64,000 nucleotides of DNA from Blastocladiella emersonii ATCC 22665 (lineage: Eukaryota > Fungi > Blastocladiomycota). Position numbers and translations under genes: made by a program. The stretch lies in NCBI GenBank assembly GCA_025594325.1, contig JANHCV010000018.1, positions 1-64,000 of the forward strand. Direction: 5' to 3'. Within the stretch, counting starts at the first letter, position 1; every line of letters starts with the position of its first letter. Below the pieces are notes generated by a model. The model was not told the origin of the DNA, made no database searches, and saw nothing but the letters and a program-made list of their open reading frames with translations. Positions 46,731 to 60,659 of the stretch are shown here, piece by piece.

Positions 46731-47967
46731 CTACGGCGCCGGCTTGCGGTCGGGATAGACGGTTGCGTACACGTAGGGACCGAGTTCCTGCCCCTCGCGC
46801 TCGCGGCGAACGCGCTCGTTGCGCGCCTTGTCCTTGAGCTGCACCTGGTTGAACCGGGCAAGCCGATTGCTCTCGGTCCCGTGCGCGCCGTGATCCTTGA
46901 GGATTCGCGCCCAGCTCGAGCCGTGCGTGGTCATGGCCTCGGTCAACGTGTCCAGCTCCTCCTGACTCCAAAAGATGCGCGTCCGACGCCGGAGCGTCGT
47001 GCCATCCTCGTGCTGCGGTCGCGCGGAAGCGGGAGCGATGGTAGGTGCTTCATTCGCAAGGGTGGAAGCGCCGCGCTGGACGTCTTCAAAGAGGTCGCCT
47101 TGGCGCGGTTGGCGCGGAGCGTGGTTGCGCAACTCGCGAGCCGCGCCCTGGACGGGGAGAATTTGAACGTTCCCGGGAAGGTCATTGGTGCGCTGTTCGG
47201 GCCTGTTCGCGCGACTCGGTCCACGACGGCACCCGCGCCCGCGCCCAGAAGTGGGTTCTGTGTATCGACGTCGGTCTGTGAGTGAGCAATCGTTACTCTC
47301 CGATGTGGCGGCGGCAGATGTACCATCTGGTCGCTCGACATGGTCACCAAAAGCCGAGCGCTGCGTTGGGCGATTTCGGGACCTGGGAGTCGAGTCCGAG
47401 GAGTCAGAATCTTGGCTGAATGAGATCCGGGTCGCGTCATCGGATCGGTCAGCCAAGCGGCGCCGTTTGGACGAGCGAGGCGTGCTGCCAGTGTCAAGCG
47501 CCGATCCAACCGCGGGAGGAGTTAGAGTCGATGGCCCACTCGCGGAGTTTGAAGCATCATCCTCGTCGACGTCGACAATCTCGGGGCGGACCATGTCGTC
47601 GTCTGCGAAAGCGGGTTGATCATCTGGTTGAGGTTGAGGCGGCAAGTCGGCCGCCTGGCGACCACGACCAACCGTGTGCTGAGATGCTGCTGCCGCCCCA
47701 GTTGAACCAGGCGGCGCGCGGCTCGTGCCCTCGCGTCGGACCAATGCCAGATGTTCGGGGATGGACCCAGCCGCCAAGCTGGCCTCCTTGGTGAGCGTGT
47801 TGAGATCTTGAAGCTGCTCGAACGAGCGCGAAACAAACGGAGGGCTCTTGAGGATGGCATGGACGTGAACCGTCTACGACGTACGGAACGGCGCATTGTC
47901 AGCAGCAGGACCCGCGCGCCGACAGCACGCTGCGGCGGACCTTGACGCGGCGCGGCATGGGCATCAT
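46731..47967 (-). CDS. Telobox Myb-domain protein (Tbf1/TRF-like)
   Basis: C-terminal FWSQEELDTLTEAMTTHGSSWARILKDHG...RFNQVQLKDKARN, the telobox signature (QLKDKARN); the rest is disordered. Confidence 0.82.
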
Positions 47968-48155
47968 TTTGGTCGCAGACGCCGCTCAATGGAGATCCGA
48001 GGAGACGAGGAGTGATATGCAGCAAGTTGGTTATCAATTCATGGAGCGATACATGGGCTCGGGTGTGCTATACGGCGAGAGAACTGCGCGGCCGGGCCAA
48101 CCGCGACGACGGGGCCCTCGCCCATCCCCGCTCCCTCACGCGAATCATATCCGCC

Positions 48156-48539
48156 ATGTCCAACGCTCCCTCACCAATTCCGTCGTCGGGCCAGGCCGGC
48201 AGCGTGCCCTCGGCGCCCCAGCCAGCGGTCCAGTTAGTCGACGCCGCGGGCTCGGCCTCGCAGGGCGTGTCCCGCGGGACGGCGGGCCCCGTCCCGGGCG
48301 CCAACGGCATCTCGCGCACGCAGCAGAAGCTCATGCTGCAGAAGGATCAGCTCGAGACGCAGGAGGCGGCGGTCGGCGCGTCGACGGGGAACGCGGCCGT
48401 CAAATTTGCCAAGGAGATAGAGCGCATCGACCGCGAATTCGCCACCGTGGAGCGGTTCCACGATCCCCTGGCGCAGGCGCAGCGCCGAGTGCAGGCCAGC
48501 CAGAGCGCGAGCGAGCAGCAGCACGGCGCGTGGAACTGA
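48156..48539 (+). CDS. Small Tco89-domain protein (putative TORC1 subunit), 127 aa
   Basis: SRTQQKLMLQK...EIERIDREFATVERFHDPLAQAQRR matches the Tco89 conserved core (SRTQQKL.LQR...ER..REY..V.RF.NP). Confidence 0.7.
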   Translation: MSNAPSPIPSSGQAGSVPSAPQPAVQLVDAAGSASQGVSRGTAGPVPGANGISRTQQKLMLQKDQLETQEAAVGASTGNAAVKFAKEIERIDREFATVERFHDPLAQAQRRVQASQSASEQQHGAWN

Positions 48540-48684
48540 GGACGCGTCGGTGGAGTGTCGCGCAGGCGGGTTGCGACCGACGTAGTTGTGCCGACCGCCT
48601 GCGCGCGGGCAACGACGCGTATGGAGCGAGTGTGATGGGGTGGGATGGGATGAACAATATATACGAGCAGAAAACAGACGAGGT

Positions 48685-49548
48685 TTACTTGGTGGAGGTG
48701 AGGCGGCCGTAGATGTGCAGCAGGAACACGGAGGCGATGAAGACGAGCGACGCGACAAGCACCATGACGGGGTCGCTACATGGGAGCACCGTCAGTGTCC
48801 TGCGGGAGAGAGCGAGAGCGGGATGGCACGTACACCTTGAGGCCGGGAGCCTCGTCGCTGAAGTTGCGCATCATACCGGCCGTGTTGCCACCAGCAGCGG
48901 CACGCGCGACCGACTGGCCCTCGCGGTTGACGATCTTGCGCTTGCTACAAGCGGCGGGGTGTGCGTGAGCGAACTGGTCCCACACAAGCGGATCGAGGAC
49001 GCTTGCACGCGTACCGGATGACGGTGCCCTTGGGGCCCTGGCTGACTCGGGGACCGACACCACGGGGCGAGGGAACAGGGGAGGCGTTGGAAGACTAGTG
49101 TTCGGGCACGGAAACGAGAGAGGTCAGAGGCAGTCGATATGGGTACGCGCGGTCAGCAGCTGCCCGGCGGCGAGCACGGTGTGCACGGTGTGCAGGTCGA
49201 GCGCCCTTCCTCCCGCTCCACGACGACGGGACTACAGCGACACGAGACTCCCGGAGATCATGTTGCTCGGTGCGATAGGGGCCCTTTGGCAAGCGCACGC
49301 GTCCAACCTTCAGCGACGCAACGGTGCCGCGAGGAGCCGGGCTGCGCGCGTGTGTCGCCAGCGGCGGAGATCAGCGTAGTAGCCGGTCGCCCTCACGTTA
49401 CGGTACGACCAGAACACTGAGTCTCCGAGGTCGAGGATGGCGTCGCGACGTGAGCTGAGCTCTGATCGCGTGGGGCTCCGTCCGAAAGTCGCCGACTGGG
49501 GGGAGGCGGGGGTCGCGTCGATACATGAGATTCCGTGGCACGCACCAT
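48685..49548 (-). CDS. SEC61B: Sec61 translocon beta subunit, 4 exons (first exon is ATG only)
   Basis: [39 protein letters not shown] is the Sec61-beta signature; ATG at 49548-49546 is followed directly by a GTGCGT donor. Confidence 0.88.
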
Positions 49549-49948
49549 GGTGTGCGGGGGGTGGGCGTCTGATGGTTCAGCAGATACGTGATGGTGGGTG
49601 CGCGGGAGGGGAGCGGGGGCGCGGCGCGGCCTTGGGCGAGGGGGCGGCGCCGTGGGCGTCGGCGGCGGCGGCGGTCCCTCGCGCCGCGGACCTCGACGTG
49701 GCGGCCGCCTCCCACGTGGCCCCGCCTGAGTGGCGCCGATCCCGCGACGCGACCGCTTTCGTTCTTCTCGCTGTCGCGCTCTGTCTGCCCGCTGGCCAAT
49801 GTAACTTCTCACGGCACTCGATGCAGCCGACTGGGACTCCATGAAACTTGACGCCGACGCGTCGTAACCGCCACCTGGATTGTTCGAGTCTTTGGGCAAC
49901 GCAACGCTTGCTTCTCGCCCAAACTGCACCGCAGACTAGACCCCCGCC

Positions 49949-52900
49949 ATGTCGAACCACGGATTCGCGGCTGCTTCTGGGGCCCACGGACTCGGTGCCT
50001 CTGGCTTCGGCGCATTTTCCTCTCCGATTCTGGCGAGGAATGCGGACGGTCGCTACTCGGCTTCGCCAGCCGCGATGACAACGACGCCGAACCGAAACGC
50101 CGACTCCACACCTGGTCCATCTTCCGCTGCTGCTCCCGAAGTGCTCTCACTGGACGAAGTGACGCTCAGCCATCGCACGTCTGGCGCTCTCAACGCCATC
50201 ACGCTTTCGCCTGATCGTGATCTTGTTGCGGTCGCTGGCCGCGAGGGTCCGTTGCTCTGGGCCTCTTCGTACCGCCTGTGCTTTCAACTCACGTACTCGC
50301 CATAGTTCTCAAGGTTGTTTCCGTCGTCGACGGGGACTTAAAGGAGACCTTGAACTTGCGCACTGGGAGCCGCATCAACCTCAACCTCAGCTCCAACGAC
50401 GTCAAGTGGGGGAACGCATGTGCGTATACTGGCGCTCTCTCGGTCGGCATACACGACCATGACTGACTGCTTCAGCTTCGATGAACCAGCCTCGAAATCG
50501 ACCATTGCTACGGCCGCAACGAACGGGGCGATCCTTGTTTGGGACATTAACAAGTCCGGAAATCGACTTGGTATGCCCCTCAGCAACTCTACCCACGCAC
50601 TCTGCTTGTCCATGCGACTGACGCTCCGAGCCCGTAGAACGCATCATCAACGAGCACTCGCGCACCGTCAACCGCATTACTTTCCATCCCACCGAGTCTC
50701 AAATCCTTATCAGCGCCTCTCAGGACGGATCCCTCAAACTTTGGGACCTCCGAACCAAGAGCGCTGCGCGTCACACCTTCGAGGGCAAGGCGGAAAGCGC
50801 CCGAGACGTGCAGTTCAACCCGACGCCCGGCTCGTGGGAGTTCTCTGCCGTCTTCGAGAACGGGACCGTGCAGATTTGGGACGTGCGCCACCCGGCTTCG
50901 TGGGAAAAGCGCTTCTCGGCCCACAACGGGCTCGTCCTCGCCGTCGACTACCACCACGGTGGTCGCTGGCTCGCAACGGGCGGCCGCGACAAGGTGATCA
51001 AGGTGTGGGACCTCAAGTCGAGCTCTACCGATACTCGCAACGTGCGCCCCGCCCACGTCATCCAGACCATTGCCAGCGTCGGCCGCGTCGCGTGGCGCCC
51101 TCACCACGGTGTTCTCCAGGTTGCTTCCTCGGCACTGCTTACCGATTACCGTGTCCACGTCTGGGATCTCGCGCGCCCGCACATTCCGCGCGTTTGGTTC
51201 GAGGACCATGCAAACGTGGCGACTGGCTTCGTCTGGGCCAACGCCAACACCTTGTGGTCGTGCAGCAAGGACAAGCGCGTGGTTCGGCGTCACTTTTCGT
51301 CGGGCTACTCGCCCGCTGAGCAGCTGCCTCGCGCGGCCGTTGCTTGGTCCGTCGCTGGCGACTTGCTCACCTGCATGGACTCAATTTCGGCGGCGGCTGA
51401 CCCTTGGACGACGACCAACGTCGAGCGATCCGATTCTGTACCGACCGCGACCAGGACGCGCTCGATGCAGGGCGATGGAGCAGACGAACGCGATCCTGAC
51501 ACGTACGTCTAGCCGTGGAGAGCGTATTGGTTTCACAGCGTGCTGACTCGTCGACATTTCCGCGCTGTAGGCTGCGCAGCTCCATGGTTCCTCCGTCCTT
51601 GTTCTCGCGGCGCTCGCAGAAGCGGCCCGATAAGACCAGTGCCTCGCCCGCCTTTGGACCAAACACCTCAGCGAACGGCGGCGCTAGTTCGCCTGCCTTT
51701 GCTGCTGCGAACACGAGTGCCGTGGCCGAGGTCCAGCCTTGTCCCCACAAGGTTGGCCAGCACACGACCTTCATTTCGCCAGGCGTTCCGTCCGGGCCAG
51801 CACAGGATCCGAGCGATCCCGAGTACTTGGTCCTCGTCAGCGCCGCGGCATCGCTTTCCCTTGATCCCTCGGTCGCTCTCGCCAATCCATGGTGTATCGA
51901 AGCGGCGAGCTACGCGCTTGACGGCGGACCCAACTTTGCCCTCAGCTGCGCGCACAACGCTGCCGTTGCCGCTTCGGTTGGCCGCGACGACGTTTGGCGG
52001 ACATGGCAGCTCGCCGGATTCGTGTTCGCCCCGCTTGTCGCGCAGCCGACGCGCGGCTCTCTCTCCTTGCCACCATCCGCAGCTGCTGTTCCGCCAGTTA
52101 TTCCTGGGCCCAGCGTCGCGTTTTCAGCATCGCAGCTCGCCGCCGGCGCCGCTCTGTCGAATGGCTCGGCCTCACCGCCGGCTGCGCACCTCGCCAAGGT
52201 TACTGCTACAGCTGCCTTTGCGTCCGGACCCGCTCCCGAGTCATCCATCTCGCCGCTGGTCGGCCGCGACGGGCGCCAGGGGTCGAAGTTAGTGGAAGGC
52301 GCTGCGGCGCCCGTACCCGTCCCGCGGGAACCCACGAGCATGCTTACGGGCCCGATCGGGGCCCGGCGCGGTGTTGGAACCCCGCCTCCGCTTGGTGTAC
52401 CAGCGCACGCAGTCGGCCGACCGCGCGCGCCGTCGGCGCCCGGCCCGCTCACCGCGACCCCGTTCGGGGCCAACGGGCTCAGAAACACGCCGGCGCCGCC
52501 ACTGGGTACTCCCGATGCTGCCGCAGCTCCCGCCTCGTACTCGCTCGGATTGACGCCGCCCCTCGCTGCCACCGCACTTCCCGTGGGCGGGGCAAGGGGC
52601 GAGGACGACGATCTCACGTCTGCGCTTCTGGGAAGCAGTGCGCGCGAGCTTCTCGTGCAGGCGCTCGCTCACCATGCAGACGCGGGGGACGTGCATGTCT
52701 GCGCAACGCTCACGATCCTGCTCGTCGACGGACGGCCGAAGCCGGCGTCCCGCGAGAGCGAGCTGCCCGAGTGGCTGGACAAAACGCAGGTCGAGGAGTG
52801 GTTTCTCGCCTACATTGGTACGCGTGCTCTCTCTCGTCTCACGACTCCTCATCATCGTGCGGGACTAACAGCGTCCATGTAGATCTCCTCCACCGCTTCC

Positions 52901-53226
52901 GCATGTACACGGTCGCGGCGCAGGTGCTCGACAAGTGTCCGCTGGGCGACGTGCGCACGCGGCTGCAGGAGAGCACGACCATTTACACGTCGTGCAACGG
53001 GTGCTTCAAGCCGATCGTCAACGCGGCGCACCCGCGGTGCTACTGGGCGTGCGAGCGGTGCCAGCGGCTCGTCAACCCGTGCTCCGTGTGCCACCGCATC
53101 GTCAAGGGCCAGTACTCGTGGTGCCAGGGGTGCGGGCACGGCGGACACGCTCGCTGCCTCGCGGGATGGTTTGCGGCGGGTAACCGCGAGTGTGCGACTG
53201 GATGCGGCCACATTTGTCACACGTAG
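49949..53226 (+). CDS. WDR24: GATOR2/SEACAT subunit WDR24 (Rtc1/Sea2), WD40 + C-terminal RING-like zinc finger, multi-exon
   Basis: SPDRDLVAVAGRE, SSNDVKWG, IATAATNGAILVWD, EHSRTVNRITFHP, LISASQDG, RDVQF, AHNG.VL, LATGGRDK; C-terminal CSVCHRIVKGQYSWCQGCGHGGH..C..WF...ECATGCGHIC. Confidence 0.95.
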
Positions 53227-53261
53227 TCGAGGATGGGATGGGGATGATAAACTGGTTTACA

Positions 53262-54805
53262 TTATTTGGGGATGGGACTCAGAGGCGGCGTGTTGAGGCC
53301 GAGCTCGTTGATGAGGACCGACGTCGTCGCCGGCCCGGGATGCGCATGGTGGCGGTACTGCTGCTGCACCTGGAGCTGGTTCTCGAGCGCAGGCAGCACG
53401 CGGTCGACGAGCGAGACCATGACCGTCTCGATCTTGGCCGTCATGCGGTTGAGGCTGTCCGAGACGCCCGCGGCGCGCGCCGCCGTCGTCGTCGACGACT
53501 TGGACGAGGAGGCAAAGGCGGCCGGGTTGGTGCCGAAGGCGGTGCCGAGCTTCGCGTGGCTCGAGTCCAGCTCGCGGCGCGCGAGCTCGAGGAACCGGAG
53601 CCGGTGGTCGAGCGCCTTGACGGTGCCGCGGTACTCGCGGATGGTGCGCAGCAGCCGGCTGCGCGGGTGCAGCCGACGCTGGTACTGATTAAGGAGCGGC
53701 TCAGAGCTAGCGGTACTGCTGCCGCCGCGCTGGCTCCGGGTCCGCGACCGCAGCGCGCGCGTCGGAGGATCGGCCGAGGTGGTGTCGTCGTCGACGGCCA
53801 TGTTCGAGTCGTGGTCGTCGTAGGCGCCAATGGAACCGGACCGGTCGACTGCGAGGCCGGAAGGTGGAACGATTCCCGTTAACAGAGCCTCGTCAGGACT
53901 GAGCGATCCGTGCTCGTTTTGCACGTCGGAGAACGGACCGCGGGACGAGGTCGACAAAGGCGAGGCAGTCTGCAGCGGTTCGACATGGTTGCTCGCCGCG
54001 AATCTGCCGCTCGACGTCGAAGCCGATGGACGGCCACGTCCGACCGCCGCCGCCGCCGAACCCTCGTCCTCGGTGTCGGTCGACGACGAGTCGGCATCGC
54101 CCGTGCCACTGTCAGGGGACCGAGACCCCGCCCGACCAAGTGGCGCGGTCGACGAGGCGGCAGCAGATCTGGCCGAAGTAGAAGCCGACGACGACGCGCC
54201 GGCCGAGCCGTTCCCGACGTTGGACGGCAGCGGGACCTCGCTGTCGTCAAAGTCGATGATGATGGGCTGCAGCGTCGGCTTGTTGTGCCGCGCCTTGACG
54301 TGCGCGTTGTAGTTGGACCGGATGCTGAACCGCGTGCTGCAGACGCTGCACATGAACGGCTTCTCGCCGGTGTGGGCGCGCATGTGGCTAGCGTCGCGCG
54401 GGGTCGCGGTCAGGTTCATGAGGACCTCCATCACGGCTGGATCGCGACCGCGTCGACAGCGGGAGCGGATCACGAACAAGCGAGAGCGCACCAGATCATG
54501 TGGTTCAGGCTAGCAAAGTGGTCCTTGCGCCAGCAGCCGTCCCAGGTGCAGAACATGGAGCAGTCCTTGGGCCACGGGCGGTCGGAGCCGCAGTGCTCCG
54601 TGTTGACGTGGGCGACGAGGTCGCCGAGGCGGCGGAAGCGCGCGTCGCAGGCGTCCCACAGGCACGGGAAGGCGCCAGCACCATCCCCCCCTCGGGCTTG
54701 GGCAAGGCGCTGCTCGAGGGCAGCGCGGTTGGCCCGGGCACGACCCGAATTCGCCGCCGAGCGGTTGTTACTCGCAACAACGAGGGGCAGGGTAACGCTC
54801 GACAT
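53262..54805 (-). CDS. C2H2 zinc-finger transcription factor with tandem CWCH2 fingers (Gli/Zic/PacC/Zap1 structural class), 2 exons
   Basis: CLWDAC...HVNTEH, CTWDGC...HMRAH, TGEKPF linker, CSVC...HVKARH. Confidence 0.85.
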
Positions 54806-54850
54806 CTGGCTGAACTGTGTTCATGGGTTACATTTTCGTGGCATGGGTGA

Positions 54851-57136
<2,286 letters not shown>

Positions 57137-57403
57137 AGAGTCTGTTGTCGTTGTCGGTGGTCCGTCTGTGGGCCGCTTATTTAATCCCTCTGTAATAATG
57201 TAACTACCACACCCTTGCACCCTTGCTACACTACCCTGCCTGCCTGTCTTGGTCTTGACTGATGAGTGTGAGCGCGGGATGAGGCCTTCGGGATGTTCGG
57301 AGCCCTGAGGTCAGCGAGCGCCGACCGGCCTTCTTGCCGTCACGGCCCGTCGTCGACTCCCCCTCCCGCTACTCATTCAACGCATCGACACCGTCACCCA
57401 GCC

Positions 57404-58493
57404 ATGGAATCACTTCGTCTGCCCGGCTTCATCAAGTCCATCGACGACCTGCCCGTCGTGCCGACCCGCACGCCGATCCCGCAGCCCGCGGCCGGCCAGG
57501 TCCTGGTGCGCGTTCGCGCGTCGGGCGCCAACTTCTTCGACATCCTGCTCGTGCAGGGCAAGTACCAGTACAAGCCCAAGGGCGCCTTTGTCCCGGGCAC
57601 CGAGTTTGCCGGCGTCGTCGAGGCCGTAGGCGCGGGCGTCACGTCGCTCGCCCCGGGCGATCGCGTGTTCGGCGCGGTCCAAGTCGGTGTACGTCGCGTT
57701 GCGTGAAACGAGCGCGCGTCGTTCATCCGACCTGACCGCCGTATGACGCGTTGTATAGGCGTACGCTACACACGTCGTGTGCCCCGCGGCGGGCCTGTTC
57801 AAGATCCCGCGCGCGCTGACGTTTGCGCAGGCGGCGGGGATCTCCATCACGTACCCGACGTCGTACGCGGCGCTGGTCCTGCGCGCCAACGTGCAGCCGG
57901 GCGAGACGGTGCTGGTGCACGCGGGCGCGGGCGGCGTTGGGCTTGCGGCGATCCAGATCGCCAAGCTGCTGGGCGCGCTGGTCATCGGCACTGCGTCGAG
58001 CGCCGAGAAGCTGCGCGTGATGCGCGAGAACGGCGCCGACCACGTCATCAACTACGCGGCCGAGGACTGGGTCGCGCGCGTGCGCGAGATCACGGACAAG
58101 CGCGGCGTCAATGTCGTGTTCGACCCCGTCGGGCTCATCGATATGAGTCTCAAGGTGGCCGCGTGGAACGCGCGGCTCGTCGTCGTCGGGTTCGCGCGCC
58201 TGGCGCCCGGCGCGTCCGAGGGGATCATGACCAACCGCGTCCTGCTCAAGAACGTCAGCGTTATGGGCGTGTTCTGGGGCAACTACGCCGTCCACGAGCC
58301 GCGCACGGTCGGCGTCGTGTGGAAGCAGCTGCTCCGCTGGTTCGACGAGGAGAAGCTCCACCCCGTCGTGTTCCCGCGCGAGTTCAAGGGGCTCGCAAGC
58401 GTCAAGGACGCGCTCATGTGTCTCGGCAGCCGCCGCGAGAGCCACGGCAAGGTCGTGGTGTTGCAGGACGACGATGGCCGCGCCAAGCTCTGA
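57404..58493 (+). CDS. NADPH:quinone oxidoreductase-like MDR family protein, 2 exons
   Basis: GANFFDILLVQGKYQ.KP..AFVPG.EFAGVV, GETVLVHAGAGGVGLAAIQIAK, GADHVINY, GVNVVFDPVG, GKVVV. Confidence 0.92.
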
Positions 58494-58560
58494 GGTGCCG
58501 CGACGAGCAAGTGTGAATATAACCACCAGAGTTTTCAAAATGTAGTCGCTACCGTGACGG

Positions 58561-60309
58561 CTACAGCTCGCTGTGCACCACCTTGGCCTTGTCGCCCGCC
58601 TTGCACGCCGCGGGCGTGACAAAGACCATGGCGTACTCGCACTTGTTGGGCTCGGAGACCTCGGTGATCTCCTCCTTGGCGCCGCACTTGAGCGTGACCG
58701 TGACGCTGCGGTTGGGCCCGTTCCAGCACCCCTGGCCGTTCTCGAAGAGCCAGGTGCCGTCCTCGTTCCACTTGCCCCACGTCCCGAGCGACGTGCCGTA
58801 CGAGGCCCCCGTGGACCGCTGCTCGGCGCTCTTGAACGGGCACAGCTCGTAGTCGTACTCGCGGCCCTTGCTCAGGAAGCACTTGTCGGCGAGCACCGCG
58901 AACGCCGGCTCGGCGCCCACGTCGAGGTCGAGGTGCTTGCGCGCCGCATCGCGCTTCGACTCGAGGTCGCGCACCTTGCTCTCGGCGTCCCACACGGCCT
59001 GGCGCGCCGACTCGACGTCTAGACGTGAGCGCGCGCGAATGTGAGTAATGAGGGCAACATCGAGCCCGTGATCGCAGCAGCGTACTCTTGCGCACGACTT
59101 CGAGCGAGGTGCGCGGCTTGGGCTTCACTAGCTTGTAGACGATGCTCTTGAGCTTGTCCATAAGGGAGCCTGGACGAAATGGACGTTATTAGTGCTGTCG
59201 ACAACGTGGGGAGGGACGTAGGGCACGTACCGCTCTCGAAATCAGCATCACCATCCTCGGACACGAACGACGGCAGCTCGCCCAGGTCCTCGAGATCCGC
59301 GCTCTCGACGGCGCGGCGCGCCTCGTCGTAGGTCCGGAGAAACTCCTGCACGGCGGGGTTGGCCTCGCCGCCCTCGGGAGTCTCGCCGCGCAACGTGTTG
59401 GCGGCCGTGTCGGCGGTGGAAATGACCTGCTGGAGGCGCTTGACCTGCTCGGCGAGCGCCTTGGGCGAGTACCGGCCGAGCTTGGCCTCGCGCTCCTCGG
59501 CGGCCGTCTCCTCGGCCTCGGCAGCAGTCCGGCGATCGCGCAGCTTCGCGAGCGAGGCCTCGATAGCGGCGAGGTCCTTGTTCGCTGCGTCGAGATCGGC
59601 CTGGTGCTTGAGCTTGGCGGCGGCGGCCTGCGCGCGGTACGACTCCTTGATGCGGAGGCCCTGTAGTTCGCAAAGGCCGGGGTGAGTGACACGCGCTCTG
59701 CGAGAGGCGAGTTGATCGTACTTCGTCGAGCGTGGCCTGCGCGGCGGCCTGCTGCTTGCGCCAGACGGCGCCGAGCTCAGCGCACCGGTCGGGGCACTTG
59801 ACCTTGCCGTCGTACTCGTCGCTCCCGTCGCAGCACTTGGGGTCTATCGAGAAGTTGTCAGCTCCGCGCCGCATTCCGTGCAACAGCGTGTGACTGGTAC
59901 GCACCGCAAATGCCGTCGTTGACGCGCGAAGATGGTATCGTTGACGGGAGATGGCCCTCGTTGCGGCAGTAAAACTGGCCGTAGGCGCATGCGGCGGTCC
60001 CGGGCTCATCGCTGCCGTCGGGACAGTCGCAGTAGTCGTCGTTCACCGCCGAGAAGGCAATCGTGCGCGAGCCATCGAGGCACGTAAACTTGCCCTCCAC
60101 GGGCACGTAGCGAGCGGCGCCTAGGTCGGAGGCAATACATGAGATCGCGGTCTATGCGGTCGCCGATGCGTGCAGCACCTACGGGAAGGCGAGACCCCGA
60201 GGACGGGCGAGGCGCCGTGGTGCTTCTTCTCGGCGTGCACGCCGCCGAGCTGGGCGACGACGGCCACGAGCACCAGCGTCACCAGGACGGGTCGGAGCGA
60301 GCGATGCAT
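58561..60309 (-). CDS. PRKCSH: Glucosidase II beta subunit (PRKCSH/Gtb1), multi-exon
   Basis: Signal peptide, FTCLDGS..IAFSAVNDDYCDCPDGSDEPGTAAC, CCDGSDE, MRH domain (YELCPF, FENGQGCWNGPNRS, EPNKCEY), ER-retention-like C-terminus HSEL. Confidence 0.95.
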
Positions 60310-60659
60310 TGCAGTATGTCGGGGCGGCGCGGTAGCCTTGCCGTGGAGGGGAACGAGGCGGACGACGCGATCGACGCGGCGGTCAAGGGGCACGTGGCGC
60401 AGGGCGCCTGGCAGCGGCTCACGTGGCCGCACGCCACCCGCTCGCGCACGTCGACACTTTCCCGCCTCTCTGCCCCTCGCTCGCCGCCGTCCAAGCCGTC
60501 CCGCCATCGCCATTGCTGCTCCACTCGCCGTGACGCTACGCATCGACAACACTGACTGCTCCGCCAGCCGACTTGCTTGCGCCGAGCTCTCCTTGCGGCC
60601 CCGCCCTCCGTCCTCGAACGCCACTGTTGCCCCGGACCCCACCAGCAGCCGCATCCACC

